A DNA stretch of 64,000 nt from an uncultured Chroococcidiopsis sp. GTDB lineage: Bacteria; Cyanobacteriota; Cyanobacteriia; Cyanobacteriales; Chroococcidiopsidaceae. Positions 48,149-58,315 of the stretch are shown here, piece by piece; the stretch's first letter is position 1, and each line of letters opens with the position of its first letter. Location: positions 32,001-96,000 of the forward strand of contig CAXTYC010000004.1 of NCBI GenBank assembly GCA_964248365.1. The letters are read 5' to 3'. The notes beneath the pieces were generated by a model. That model was given only the letters and a program-made list of their open reading frames with translations. It was not told the origin of the DNA and ran no database searches. Made by a program: the position numbers and the translations under genes.

Positions 48149-49744
48149 TTAGGCACTTCCACTCACAACCGCCGCTGGTTCTGCTACTGCTTGAGATTGC
48201 AACTTAGCGGATGGCACAACTTCAGCTAGCTGAGCGGCAATTTCGTCTTTTACAATTTGGCGGTAATCAATGAAGTGTTCTAGGTGGGCGCAGGCGATTA
48301 GATAGTGTTCAAACACACCTGGATTTTGCCGGATGATTCCGAACAACTGCTGCCAAAATTGCCAGCGTGTATTTCGCTTAATTCCCTGTCGCCAAAAGAT
48401 AGTTAGCATTGCCCGAATATCTGTTAATGCTGGAAGGCGAAACTTGGACTTATTAGGAGATGGTCTCATCTGGAGGAAATGCCGATAGGTTCTTGCTAGA
48501 TAGCGCTTCGGCTCATACAGTTCCCAAAAACATCTCACATACTCACGAGCTAGATCCTCTACAGGGCGAGTAGGGATAAAGTTGATCAATGTTGTTTGGC
48601 TGATATTAGCTTCTCCCCTACCCGCAAGCAAACGTCCTTCCTTTTGAAGTCGATGCCACAGTGCCGTATTGGGCAAAGCTTGCAGCATACTGAACATAGC
48701 ATGAGGAATAGCAGTTGCTTCTACAAAATCAATGATGCGCCCACCTGCTCCTGGCTTTTCACCATCAAAGCCAATAATGAAACCAGCCATCACGCGCAGC
48801 CCTGAACGATTAATGGTTTGAACTGCCTCCATCAAAGAGTTGCGGGTATTTTGAAATTTTTGCGTCAGAGACAAGCTATCTGTGTCTGGTGTCTCAATAC
48901 CCAAGAATACCCCATTAAAATTGGCAGCAATCATTAAATCTAAAAGTTCCTGATCCTGTGCCAAATCTACCGAGGCTTCCGTAGAGAAGCGGAAGGGATA
49001 GCCATGCTCTGCCATCCAAGGACCAAGTTCTTTTAGCAACAGCTTGACGTTACGCTTATTGCCGATGAAATTGTCATCCACCATAAAAATTGCGCGTCGC
49101 CAGCCCAGGTCATAAAGGGTTTGCAACTCAGCCAACATCTGCGCTGGGGTTTTGGTGCGTGATTTGCGCCCATATAGCACAATAATGTCGCAGAATTCAC
49201 ACTGGAACGGACAGCCGCGCGAAAACTGCACAGCCATATCGCTATAAGAATTGAGATCAAGCAGGTCAAATCTTGGAATAGGTGTATGAGTAACGTCAGG
49301 CTTTTCACCTTTAGCACTGAATGTTCCTGATGTTTCACCGCGTTCTAGAGCCTCGACCAACATTGGGAGGGTAATTTCGCCTTCATCCAACACCAGAAAG
49401 TTTACCCCAGCTTCGATCGCAGCACTAGGGACGGAGGTGACGTAGGGACCACCAGCTGCTATTAATTTACCGCGCCGCTTTGCTTCGGCAAACAGATACT
49501 GCATATCTGTTTTCTGGACAATCATGCCGGAAACAATTACCAATTCTGCCCAGTTCCAGTCGGCTTCAGTTTCAGAGCGAATATTGCGGTCTACGAGGCG
49601 GAATTCCCAGCTTTGGGGTAACAGAGCCGCAACTGTGATTATTCCCAGAGGGGGGATAGTCACTTTGCGTCCGATTAGTTCTAGTGTTTTATCAAAAGAC
49701 CAAAAAGATTTAGGAAAAATCGGATTTAGAAGTAAAACTCGCAT
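48149..49744 (-). CDS. B12-binding radical SAM enzyme with DUF4070 (HpnP-related family)
   Basis: PPLG B12 domain, AGGPY, SRGCPFQCEFC, VDDNF, GFIIGFDGE. Confidence 0.93.
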   Translation of the reverse strand: MRVLLLNPIFPKSFWSFDKTLELIGRKVTIPPLGIITVAALLPQSWEFRLVDRNIRSETEADWNWAELVIVSGMIVQKTDMQYLFAEAKRRGKLIAAGGPYVTSVPSAAIEAGVNFLVLDEGEITLPMLVEALERGETSGTFSAKGEKPDVTHTPIPRFDLLDLNSYSDMAVQFSRGCPFQCEFCDIIVLYGRKSRTKTPAQMLAELQTLYDLGWRRAIFMVDDNFIGNKRNVKLLLKELGPWMAEHGYPFRFSTEASVDLAQDQELLDLMIAANFNGVFLGIETPDTDSLSLTQKFQNTRNSLMEAVQTINRSGLRVMAGFIIGFDGEKPGAGGRIIDFVEATAIPHAMFSMLQALPNTALWHRLQKEGRLLAGRGEANISQTTLINFIPTRPVEDLAREYVRCFWELYEPKRYLARTYRHFLQMRPSPNKSKFRLPALTDIRAMLTIFWRQGIKRNTRWQFWQQLFGIIRQNPGVFEHYLIACAHLEHFIDYRQIVKDEIAAQLAEVVPSAKLQSQAVAEPAAVVSGSA

Positions 49745-49925
49745 CTTATTGAAGGGGCTAGGGGCTTTCTTTTGTGGCTAGTGGAACCAGTGGCTAGTGG
49801 CTAGAATTCAAAACGAAAAGACTAGAGGTAAGAATTAGAGCTAAAATTTCTACTTTTAGCCTTAATAGTGTCGGTTTCTCTAGTCACTAGTCACCAGCCA
49901 CTAATCACTAGCTTCTAGCTTTGGA

Positions 49926-51335
49926 TTAGTAAAGTGTACTAGGTCCGATCGCTATTTTTTCTTGCAGGTATGTGGGTAGGGATTGGCGTAGGCGCGAACC
50001 ATACATATTTAATGCATTTCCACCCAACAACAGTCCTAAATGCTCACGGTCGTAATCAGCTACTTCCGCCGCATCTTTGACACACTTATGCAGTACGCCG
50101 TCCCAATGACCATAATCACCAGAGAAACAAGTTAATCGCTTACCGATTTCACCCATCGCAACGGGAAGATAAGCAGGACCTGGATCGTCTGATTCAAACG
50201 AAGTAAAGATTTGACCTCTGTCGAAATATTCCATTGGATCTCGGTGGCGCAAATCGTAATGTTCATACAGGCTAGCATCGTCAATCTTTTCTGGGTTGTG
50301 TTCTGCATTCCACAACAGATCGAACAAGTTTTTAGCCTTGCTGATAATATTGACATTATTACCGCCGCCCCGCTCCTGAATCATCAGTTTGGTGACTTCC
50401 ATCAAGGATGGGCGATAGGGACGTTTGGGATCAAAGTCCCGAATCCGCTTTTCCCAATGCTCATGACAAGCATGGGCAAGATCTGGCAACCAACCACAAC
50501 CACCTTCTAAAAAGCCAACTCTCAGGGTGGGAAATTGCTCAAATGCGCCATCAAAGATCATACGTGCTAGCGCTAACTGTTGCTGGTTGCGCTGTACGAA
50601 GATATGGGTAAGGACAAACGTTTCAGTGTAATCAGAAATGCCCCCCACCATATAAGAACCTGGACCGCCGTGAATACCCAGGGCAATATCTAAATCTACA
50701 GCAGCTTGCAAAATTGGTCTAAAGTCGGGATGGCTAATTGTTTTGCAGCTGCGAATTTCTGGGAAAGCTTGGGGTGCTTTCGGATGAGGAATTGGCATAT
50801 TTGGCGCAACAGCCACACCAATCATGCCCAGTTCGTTGACGCAACGGTGCATCTCGGCAACCGCTGCATCTACATCTTGCAGGGGTAATACACCGATTGG
50901 TTTGAGTCTGTTATCGTAGCCTCGGCAATCATCGGCGATGTAGTTGTTGTAGGCACGGCACAAAGCGATCGCCATGTCTTGATCAAGAATACTGGAGAAA
51001 ATCAGATTGAGAGTGCCAAAGATTACATGAATATCAACGCCTTCTTGATCCATGTGTTCAATTCTGACTCGATTGAAAGTTGCTCCTAAAGTTGTATCTG
51101 GATGTAAATTCCGAAATCCTCCTTTTCCCATTCCTTGCGGTTGCGGGAACATCCGCACAAAGTCGTTTTTACCCGTTGCTGGATTGAAGTCTACAATCCG
51201 CGCCCGTTGATCGCCAAGACTATCAATCACTAAACCGATGCGATCGCGGTACTCTGGCTCTAGATAATCCCGCATCACCAAGGGATTCTCTAATTTGTGG
51301 GCATCTGCATCAATGACTAGTAAACCTTGATACAT
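49926..51335 (-). CDS. Amidohydrolase_2 family protein
   Basis: IDADAH, IHGGPG, FLEGGCGW, FSGDYGHWD, GGNA. Confidence 0.88.
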   Translation of the reverse strand: MYQGLLVIDADAHKLENPLVMRDYLEPEYRDRIGLVIDSLGDQRARIVDFNPATGKNDFVRMFPQPQGMGKGGFRNLHPDTTLGATFNRVRIEHMDQEGVDIHVIFGTLNLIFSSILDQDMAIALCRAYNNYIADDCRGYDNRLKPIGVLPLQDVDAAVAEMHRCVNELGMIGVAVAPNMPIPHPKAPQAFPEIRSCKTISHPDFRPILQAAVDLDIALGIHGGPGSYMVGGISDYTETFVLTHIFVQRNQQQLALARMIFDGAFEQFPTLRVGFLEGGCGWLPDLAHACHEHWEKRIRDFDPKRPYRPSLMEVTKLMIQERGGGNNVNIISKAKNLFDLLWNAEHNPEKIDDASLYEHYDLRHRDPMEYFDRGQIFTSFESDDPGPAYLPVAMGEIGKRLTCFSGDYGHWDGVLHKCVKDAAEVADYDREHLGLLLGGNALNMYGSRLRQSLPTYLQEKIAIGPSTLY

Positions 51336-51406
51336 TAATTCTCCTTGAATTGGTAATTTGTCATGGGGTTGGTTTTTTAATGGGTGCGATCGCCTCTCCC
51401 AATCTG

Positions 51407-51721
51407 TTAAACTGTTTTACTCTTGAAGTGTTGCCAAACTTGGCGCAGACCAAACCAGTTCTCGAAAGACCACGAGAGCGAAGCGAGAATAGTAATACCT
51501 GGGTACTTGACAGCAGCAGGTTGATTTTTCTCAATGAATGCATGACCGCCCAGTGCAAAAACTTGGGTTAGTACCAAGCAAAACAGAGTCCATCGCCAGT
51601 CGTAGAAAAGTAAAATAATAGCAGCGATCGCCAGTATATTAGCCCAGTGATGCAGAGCTATGTTTACAGGATGCTGATGACTTGCCACAAAATGGGCTTT
51701 AGCTTCACGGAAGTAGCTCAA
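51407..51721 (-). CDS. DUF962/Mpo1-like membrane protein
   Basis: HQHPVNIALHH and GHAFIEKNQPA motifs; GGAGG RBS before TTG at 51721. Confidence 0.8.
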   Translation of the reverse strand: MSYFREAKAHFVASHQHPVNIALHHWANILAIAAIILLFYDWRWTLFCLVLTQVFALGGHAFIEKNQPAAVKYPGITILASLSWSFENWFGLRQVWQHFKSKTV

Positions 51722-52086
51722 AGTAAATTTCCTCCAGTCACACCCGATGCTTAAAACTACAAATTGTAATAACAATATTAGTAGCTGCTTTCAAGGCAAG
51801 CACTATAAATATATACAAATAACAGATTGTATCTCAGACACAGTAACATTATTCTTATCAAAGCAAATATTAATTTATTGTGAGCAAAATCAATATTAGT
51901 TAAAATTCCCGCCTGCAATTATGCCACTTTTACTAGCTGCACATTCCGACTTGATTTTTTTGAGATTTAAGCTTGAACAGGAGTAATGTCAAGAGCGATC
52001 GTGCGAGGAGCAAGCACTTACAGTTTTCTAGTAGTTTACTTCGTTGTTATTTTTCTTAGTATAAGACTGGTTTAAATGGTCTTCAC

Positions 52087-52290
52087 TTAAGTTTTATACC
52101 GACTTCCTCTCGACCTTGCCCTTTGAGTCGGTTTCTTACTAGCAAGCTGTTCAACTTTTTTCCAATCTGCTTGCTCTAATACCGCATCTAATACATCTGA
52201 GAGATTGCAGTGCTGCTCATAGGCAATTCGTCTTAGAATTTCGTGATGTTCAGGCTTTATATATACAGGCTTCCTTTGCGTCTGTGCCAT
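52087..52290 (-). CDS. Small ribbon-helix-helix-like DNA-binding protein
   Basis: RKPVYI strand, then helix HHEILRRIA and helix LSDVLDAVL; basic tail. Confidence 0.65.
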   Translation of the reverse strand: MAQTQRKPVYIKPEHHEILRRIAYEQHCNLSDVLDAVLEQADWKKVEQLASKKPTQRARSRGSRYKT

Positions 52291-52729
52291 TTCTTATATT
52301 GATGAACAGCTTTAACACACAGTATACCTCAGCTAAACAGCTAAATTGACAATTAGCTAATTAGCTAGTTAAATAATAAAAGAGTATTCACACAAATGAA
52401 ATTTTTAAAGCTTTTTTATCCTATATAGCAATTTTGCGCATCATTGGTGAACAGTAGATGATCTAGTAGGGTGGGCGAAGCCCCGTATTACACCATGCGG
52501 AGGGATTGCCCACCATTATCAGAAGGAGTGGGCAAGGGTGGCAAACTATAAATTTCACTTTTCCACCCTTTAGAGTACCAGCAACTAGAAGCTTGGTTTA
52601 GAAAAAGAAGATATGATGATAGAATTAAAATAACACAATAAATATGTTTTATTTACTTTATACTTATCAAACAAAATAGTTCGATTTTGGTAAAAATATC
52701 TAGTTATTTATTTCAAAAATAAAGTATTT

Positions 52730-53381
52730 ATGAGTCGAGACGTAGTTGCGTTATTTTCAGGTTGTGGTGGCTTAGATTTAGGCTTTCGTAAAGCAGATTT
52801 TAATGTTGTATGGGCAAATGAAAATGACAAATAAATTTGGCAGACTTACGATAACAACACCTCGCATTCCCACTTTACGGGATGCGATATGGGATTTACA
52901 AGAGTCTGCACTTTTGGGGGAGACTAACAAGACAAATGGGGAATCATGTTGTGTCCCAAACCATGAATATATGACTGGTGGGTTCTCTAGTATTTATATG
53001 TCACGTAACCGAGTTCGTTCTTGGGACGAACCATCTTTCACAATTCAAGCTGGTGGTAGACACGCACCAATACATCCACAAGCAAACAAAATAATTCATA
53101 TAGGAAAAGATAAGTGGATGTTTGATCCTAATTCACCACAAAGTTACAGAAGGCTATCAGTTCGAGAGTGTGCAAGAATTCAAACATTCTCGGATGAATT
53201 CATTTTTTATTACAATAACTTGGCTGCTGCATATAAAATGATTGGTAATGCTGTTCCTGTTAATTTTGGCTATGCTTTAGGATGGGCTATTTATGCAGAT
53301 TTATTTAATAGTACACAACAGAAATACAAAATGTTTAATCAAAAGCAAGAGTTGAGTACGCTGAATATAGCATTGAATTAA
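52730..53381 (+). pseudogene. C5 DNA methyltransferase pseudogene, M.HaeIII-like
   Basis: ATG 52730 gives [12 protein letters not shown] (motif I); TAA at 52832; central motifs incl. PCQ missing; second frame has YMSRNRVRSW, RRLSVRECARIQ, YKMIGNAVP. Confidence 0.9.
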
Positions 53382-53399
53382 AATTTTTAGTAAGATTGT

Positions 53400-53813
53400 C
53401 TATTTTCGGGTAATTACAATATTGTAATCTTGCTCCAAGCTATTGAGAATCTGATTATGATTAAGTTTATTAGGTTCTACTTGTGTAAATTTACCCAATT
53501 TCATTAGCTCGCTTAAAGATATTATCGTTTTTCTGTTGTCTTGGCGTTGATACGGCTCAAACCTGGTGTAGACGTTTTTACCTCTGTTGCTTCCTTCTGT
53601 CATAGGATTGATAGGTCTACAAATGATTTTAATATCTTTGCTTTGTGCTTTTACTGATTGAGAATTGATTGGTGAAAGATTTGCTAAAATATCTGTAATA
53701 GTCGATGGATGGTCATTAGAAATATATCAGCAATTAGCAACATTGTCTCCTTCGCCCGCACCTGCAACAATTTTTATAAGTTCGTCCTCCTTAACATGAT
53801 TGAACGCCCTCTT
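53400..53813 (-). pseudogene. Degraded convergent gene, probable cognate restriction endonuclease
   Basis: Frame of the 67-aa ORF extends upstream with in-frame stops at 53727-29 and 53814-16; AT-rich; convergent with the MTase. Confidence 0.5.
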
Positions 53814-53881
53814 TTATTGCAAATAAGTGCCTTCATATTAATATCAATCAGGCTTTAGGGCGTGTGTCTTGCGATCGCCCC

Positions 53882-55384
53882 TTATCCTTCTGTCAAAGCT
53901 TCATATTGTTTTTGATTAATTCGCCCTGCTTCATACAGCGTTTTGGTAATTTCAGAAATACTTAACACAGAATGAGCGCGATAACCATTTTCTTTCAGCC
54001 TATCTTTAACACCTTGTTCATGATCGATAAACACTACAATGTCATTCACATTCAACCCCGATGACTTCAACTTTTCTGCCCCTTCCATTGCGCTTTTACC
54101 GCTAATCAGAATGTCATCGACTACGACAACGGTTTCTCCTGGATGAAAAGTTCCCTCAATTACTCTGCGAGTACCGTGTGCTTTGACTTCCTTGCGAGGA
54201 TAAATCATGGGACAATTGAGCCGCAAAGATAATCCAGTTGCTGTTGGTAAAGAACCATAGGGTATTCCAGCAATTCGATCAAAACTAAGGTCTTTCAAAA
54301 CTTCTGCATATGAGTTGATAATTTGCTCAAAGATTTGGGGATTAGAAATGATTGTGCGTAAGTCAATATAGTAAGGAAATGTTGCACCCGATGCTTGAAC
54401 AAACTCGCCAAATATGATGCAACCAATATCATAAAGTTGTAAAATTAAAGGAGTTTGAGGATGCTGATTTAATAAACAGACATCGGGCAACCATAGGGAA
54501 CATTTAGAACCTTCAAAAATAACTTTATTTCTGACTTGATTAACTTCCTGACATAGAGATTTAATTGCAACAGATGGATTTTCATCGCTTAAAATATCTT
54601 GGGGAACAGGAATGAGTAAACCATCACCGTTGTTATTTAAGCCTGCTGCTACTAGAGAATTCAAATTGCCACCTTCTGCCCAAATGCTACGAGCGAGTAT
54701 TATTCTTTCCTCCGCGATCGCGCGAATTTGGGATAATACATTAGGTGATATGGTTCCTACTTCCAAACCCAATTGTTCTTGCGTACCCCAGGTTTTGGCT
54801 TCCTTAGCTATTTGTAAGTAAAGGGGAGATTCTGGAGAGGGATATTGCTGCAAAGGAATCGCCCCAGGATTGGAAGTACAGCACAAGACAAATACCCCCT
54901 TACCTGGATATACTAAAAAAGGTGCTACCAAATCTTGCCCTGGATATGGAGTGAGTGTAATTGCATCTACTTGCCAATCTTCAAATACAGTCTGGGCAAA
55001 AACAGTACTAGTATTGAGATCGCTATGCTTTGCATCTAAAATAATTGGAATGTTACTAGGAATAGCCTTGAGTGTTTGTTGCAACAATTCTATTCCTTGG
55101 ACACCTAAAGCCTGATAAAAGCCAAGGGTGGGTTTATAGGCACAAACGCTTTGTGATGTTTCTGTAATTAGAAATTGCAGCCATTCCCACAAGTCACTGA
55201 TGGTACTATCTGTATTTCTTATGGTTGGGGCGGGTTTTTCCGATATATCTGTTCTCCTCCAGAGCTTTTGATTAAACCCGCCCCTACTTGTGCGGGGCAA
55301 CATTTCTGGATTAGGATCGAGTCCCAGAAACAATAAGCTATCATTTCGGGCGATCGCTGCATTCAATTTATCGAAAAAGTTCAT
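53882..55384 (-). CDS. pyrFE: Bifunctional OMP decarboxylase / orotate phosphoribosyltransferase
   Basis: LGLDP, YKPTLGFY, LDAKHSD, TSNPG; C-terminal RKEVKAHGT, VVVDDILISG. Confidence 0.93.
   Translation of the reverse strand: MNFFDKLNAAIARNDSLLFLGLDPNPEMLPRTSRGGFNQKLWRRTDISEKPAPTIRNTDSTISDLWEWLQFLITETSQSVCAYKPTLGFYQALGVQGIELLQQTLKAIPSNIPIILDAKHSDLNTSTVFAQTVFEDWQVDAITLTPYPGQDLVAPFLVYPGKGVFVLCCTSNPGAIPLQQYPSPESPLYLQIAKEAKTWGTQEQLGLEVGTISPNVLSQIRAIAEERIILARSIWAEGGNLNSLVAAGLNNNGDGLLIPVPQDILSDENPSVAIKSLCQEVNQVRNKVIFEGSKCSLWLPDVCLLNQHPQTPLILQLYDIGCIIFGEFVQASGATFPYYIDLRTIISNPQIFEQIINSYAEVLKDLSFDRIAGIPYGSLPTATGLSLRLNCPMIYPRKEVKAHGTRRVIEGTFHPGETVVVVDDILISGKSAMEGAEKLKSSGLNVNDIVVFIDHEQGVKDRLKENGYRAHSVLSISEITKTLYEAGRINQKQYEALTEG
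55224..55287. repeat. 64-bp REP/SDR-like element inside pyrFE
   Basis: GTTGGGGCGGGTTT..AAACCCGCCCCTAC; same length and ends as the 33076-33139 element. Confidence 0.88.
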
Positions 55385-55513
55385 AATATATCTCGGCTAA
55401 TGGGAGCTAATGTAGCAAGGGTTTGTCGAAATACAATCGCAGATGCACTATTAGAGGCACACAGAGGAGATAATGGATATACATAAACTACCCTCTGTGT
55501 CCTCTCCCCTTTG

Positions 55514-56986
55514 ATGTATTTCCTAAAGCGATTTTCCTTCAGAAATCGTTTGTTTACTCCTTTGTACACTAGCTTTTTGCTGCTCGTACTGTTGCTACTG
55601 GGGCAAGGAGTTTTGAACGTGTTTGTAAAAGTCCAGCATCAGCGAACTTTCGACAGGATAACTCATTCTTTATTAGTAGAGCGCGAAACAGAACGACTGC
55701 TTAGCTGGGCGCTAGATGAGCAAACAAGTGTACGCGGTTACGTAATTACCGCAAATGCAGAATTTTTGGAACATCATAGGAATGCAAATAGCGCCTTTCG
55801 CAGCAGCTTCAACCGCTTATACTCATTGGTAAAGGACAATCCTACCCAACTGGGACAACTCAATCAGATTAAAGGAATCCACGATCGCTGGCAAAGTCAA
55901 TTTGTCCAGAAAGTATTTGCAGGTACTGCCAGCAAAACTAGCTTACCTGGAAAGATCTTGTTCGATCCGATGCGGCGGATAGTAAAAAGCCTATTAGAGC
56001 AAGAAGAAAAGGTTCTAAGCGATCGCCAGCGGCAGTTAAGCCAAATTTACCAGACACAGACAATTTTGGATGTATTCAACATAGTGGCAATCTTGGCAGG
56101 AGTAGGCTGGAACCTTTGGTATTTGCGGCGACGGGTGGAGATTCCCCTACGTCAATTAACCTTTGTAGGCAGGGCTTGGCGAGAGGGGCGTATGGATGTG
56201 CGGCTTGATTACACGTCTCGTGACGAAATCGGACGGCTGGCGGTTGTTCTTGATGCTATGGCAAGCGAGATCCGCGATCGCCAAGAGTATACCCAAATGC
56301 GTAACCAACAACTTGAGGACTTGATTTCTGCCCTCTCTCACGATCTACGCACTCCCCTGCTTGCCACCCGCAACACCTTGCGCCCAATGCTTAATGGGGC
56401 TTTTGGTTCTGTTAACGACACCTGGAGAGAGATACTCGAAGAGTACCGTGAGGCAAATGAGGAGTTGCTCAAACTAGTTGATGCCCTTTTAGATGTCTCG
56501 CGCTATCAAGCTGGAGGCGGACATAATCTGAACTGGGAACGACTTGACTGGGAAAAGATCTGTATCCAAGCTATTAACAATATCAGTGCTATTCAAGAAC
56601 GTCCCTACCCACCTACTTTAAAAATTGCCCCCTCACTCCCAACTACCTACGGCGATCAATTAGAAATTCAAAGAGTTGTGCAGAACCTGCTAGACAACGC
56701 TGTGCGGGTAAGTGAACCAAACAAGCCGATTGTGATTGAGGTTGCCCCGCTTGGTGTTGCTTACGTCAAAGTTTCTGTGAGTGACAAGGGATCAGGTATT
56801 GCCCCACAAGAAAAGGAAAAGCTATTTCATCGCTTTATTCAGGGACGAAATCGACCAGGTAGAGTGGGACTAGGGCTGTACTTGTGCCGCCAAATTGTCC
56901 AAGCACATGGAGGCACAATCAATGTTGAAAGTAAGCTGGGTGAAGGCAGCACTTTTTGGTTTACTCTTCCTGTTGTACGTATGTGA
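55514..56986 (+). CDS. Sensor histidine kinase (CHASE3-HAMP-HisKA-HATPase)
   Basis: TM, EQTSVRGY..DNPTQ CHASE3, TM, DEIGRLA HAMP, SHDLRTPL, NLLDNA, DKGSGI, GLGL. Confidence 0.95.
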   Translation: MYFLKRFSFRNRLFTPLYTSFLLLVLLLLGQGVLNVFVKVQHQRTFDRITHSLLVERETERLLSWALDEQTSVRGYVITANAEFLEHHRNANSAFRSSFNRLYSLVKDNPTQLGQLNQIKGIHDRWQSQFVQKVFAGTASKTSLPGKILFDPMRRIVKSLLEQEEKVLSDRQRQLSQIYQTQTILDVFNIVAILAGVGWNLWYLRRRVEIPLRQLTFVGRAWREGRMDVRLDYTSRDEIGRLAVVLDAMASEIRDRQEYTQMRNQQLEDLISALSHDLRTPLLATRNTLRPMLNGAFGSVNDTWREILEEYREANEELLKLVDALLDVSRYQAGGGHNLNWERLDWEKICIQAINNISAIQERPYPPTLKIAPSLPTTYGDQLEIQRVVQNLLDNAVRVSEPNKPIVIEVAPLGVAYVKVSVSDKGSGIAPQEKEKLFHRFIQGRNRPGRVGLGLYLCRQIVQAHGGTINVESKLGEGSTFWFTLPVVRM

Positions 56987-57132
56987 ACTTAAATAAACAG
57001 CCGACTGTGTGTTGCCGGAAGAATTGTGCATCATAGATGAGCTAGTTTGACTGGGATCTGTTTATTTTTGTCGTTCTACTTACCAATTGGAACTGGGTTT
57101 AGAAAATAAGAAATATATGAGCAGCTCTAGCT

Positions 57133-57801
57133 ATGTCGGATAGCGAACATCCTATACGAATTTTATTGGTTGAGGATCATGCCTTGATGCGCCGAGGGAT
57201 GAAAGGTCAGTTTGCCCTAGAGCCGAGTTTTAGCATTGTGGGCGAGGCAGTTGATGGCGTAGAGGCGATTAAATTAGCTGCCTCTCTAGAACCAGATGTA
57301 GTTTTGATGGATATTGATTTGCCAGTCATGGATGGCATCACTGCTACACAGCAAATTAAGAGCGATCGCAATGACACTAAAATACTTGCTTTAAGTGCCT
57401 TTGATAACGATACCCAAGTGATGGGAATGCTAGCAGCTGGTGCTGACGGTTACTGCCTCAAAAGCATCGAATGGGAACAACTAATCGCCGTGATTCAATT
57501 GATCCAAGGCGGCGGCGCTTATCTCGATCCTCAAGTAGCGCGAAAGGTAGCCCGAATGCTCAAGCCTACTGCTTCCTCCCAGCTTAGTGAGCCGCCCCAG
57601 CAGCCATTGCCAATTCTTAGCGAAAGAGAGCGCGAAATTCTTAAACTTATTGCTCAAGGATGCTCAAACTCTGAAATTGCTCAGCAGTTATACCTGTCGC
57701 TCGGAACTGTTAAGTCGTATGTACGGATGATCCTCAACAAACTCAGCGTTGACGATCGCGTTCAAGCAGCAGCTCTGGCTATACGCGAAGGTCTGATTTA
57801 A
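57133..57801 (+). CDS. NarL/LuxR family response regulator
   Basis: LVEDH, DVVLMD, MDG, GYCLK; LSEREREIL..G.SNSEIA HTH. Confidence 0.96.
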   Translation: MSDSEHPIRILLVEDHALMRRGMKGQFALEPSFSIVGEAVDGVEAIKLAASLEPDVVLMDIDLPVMDGITATQQIKSDRNDTKILALSAFDNDTQVMGMLAAGADGYCLKSIEWEQLIAVIQLIQGGGAYLDPQVARKVARMLKPTASSQLSEPPQQPLPILSEREREILKLIAQGCSNSEIAQQLYLSLGTVKSYVRMILNKLSVDDRVQAAALAIREGLI

Positions 57802-58133
57802 GCAGGTTGTAAAGTTTGCTGCAAAAGGGTTTTTAACTCTATACAGGTGGAAGCTACTGGTAGTTTTACATTTATAGACGGTTCAGACCACAAAATAAAA
57901 GGTTTATCTATCTGAAGACAGAAGTTTTCGGGTACAGGCAGGCATACTATCAAAACGTCAGGATTAAATAAAGTTACTTCCTCAACTGTGGGAGTCCCGT
58001 AGTAAGGTAGTGCCTCTATGCCCTGCTTTAGACAGTAGCGACTAACACGTTGTACCGTAGTGACGTTTTTACCCACAATCATAATTTTATGGCTTGGTAT
58101 GCCAGATCCTGCTTGATTAAAGAAGTTTGTCAC
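57798..58133 (-). CDS. Small degenerate receiver-like protein
   Basis: KIMIVG...PDVLIV...PFILWS alternating beta/alpha pattern; no phospho-Asp; start uncertain. Confidence 0.55.
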   Translation of the reverse strand: MTNFFNQAGSGIPSHKIMIVGKNVTTVQRVSRYCLKQGIEALPYYGTPTVEEVTLFNPDVLIVCLPVPENFCLQIDKPFILWSEPSINVKLPVASTCIELKTLLQQTLQPA

Positions 58134-58315
58134 GTAAATGTAGCGAACATATAAGCTAGTGTGTTAACTAGGTAAGTATAAAGCTTGACATGATTTTGTT
58201 CGCAACTGCGTTGTGGCTATCCTAGTGGATAGTTTTTTAAATGTACCGGATACTATCTACATCTATCCGGCGGGTAGTATTTTCATTTGGTGTATTCGAG
58301 AATACTGTTTAACAG

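Noticed and set aside
48149..49744. Naming the gene hpnP
   Set aside because: The family is shared, but the N-terminus is the generic PKSFWSF type and no hopanoid genes are nearby; phylogeny is needed
52803..53381. Intact 192-aa protein as given in the ORF track
   Set aside because: Its N-terminus is out of frame with the real MTase start and the catalytic motifs are missing
53882..55384. PyrF-PyrE fusion as a novelty
   Set aside because: Already known in cyanobacteria; only the repeat insertion is notable
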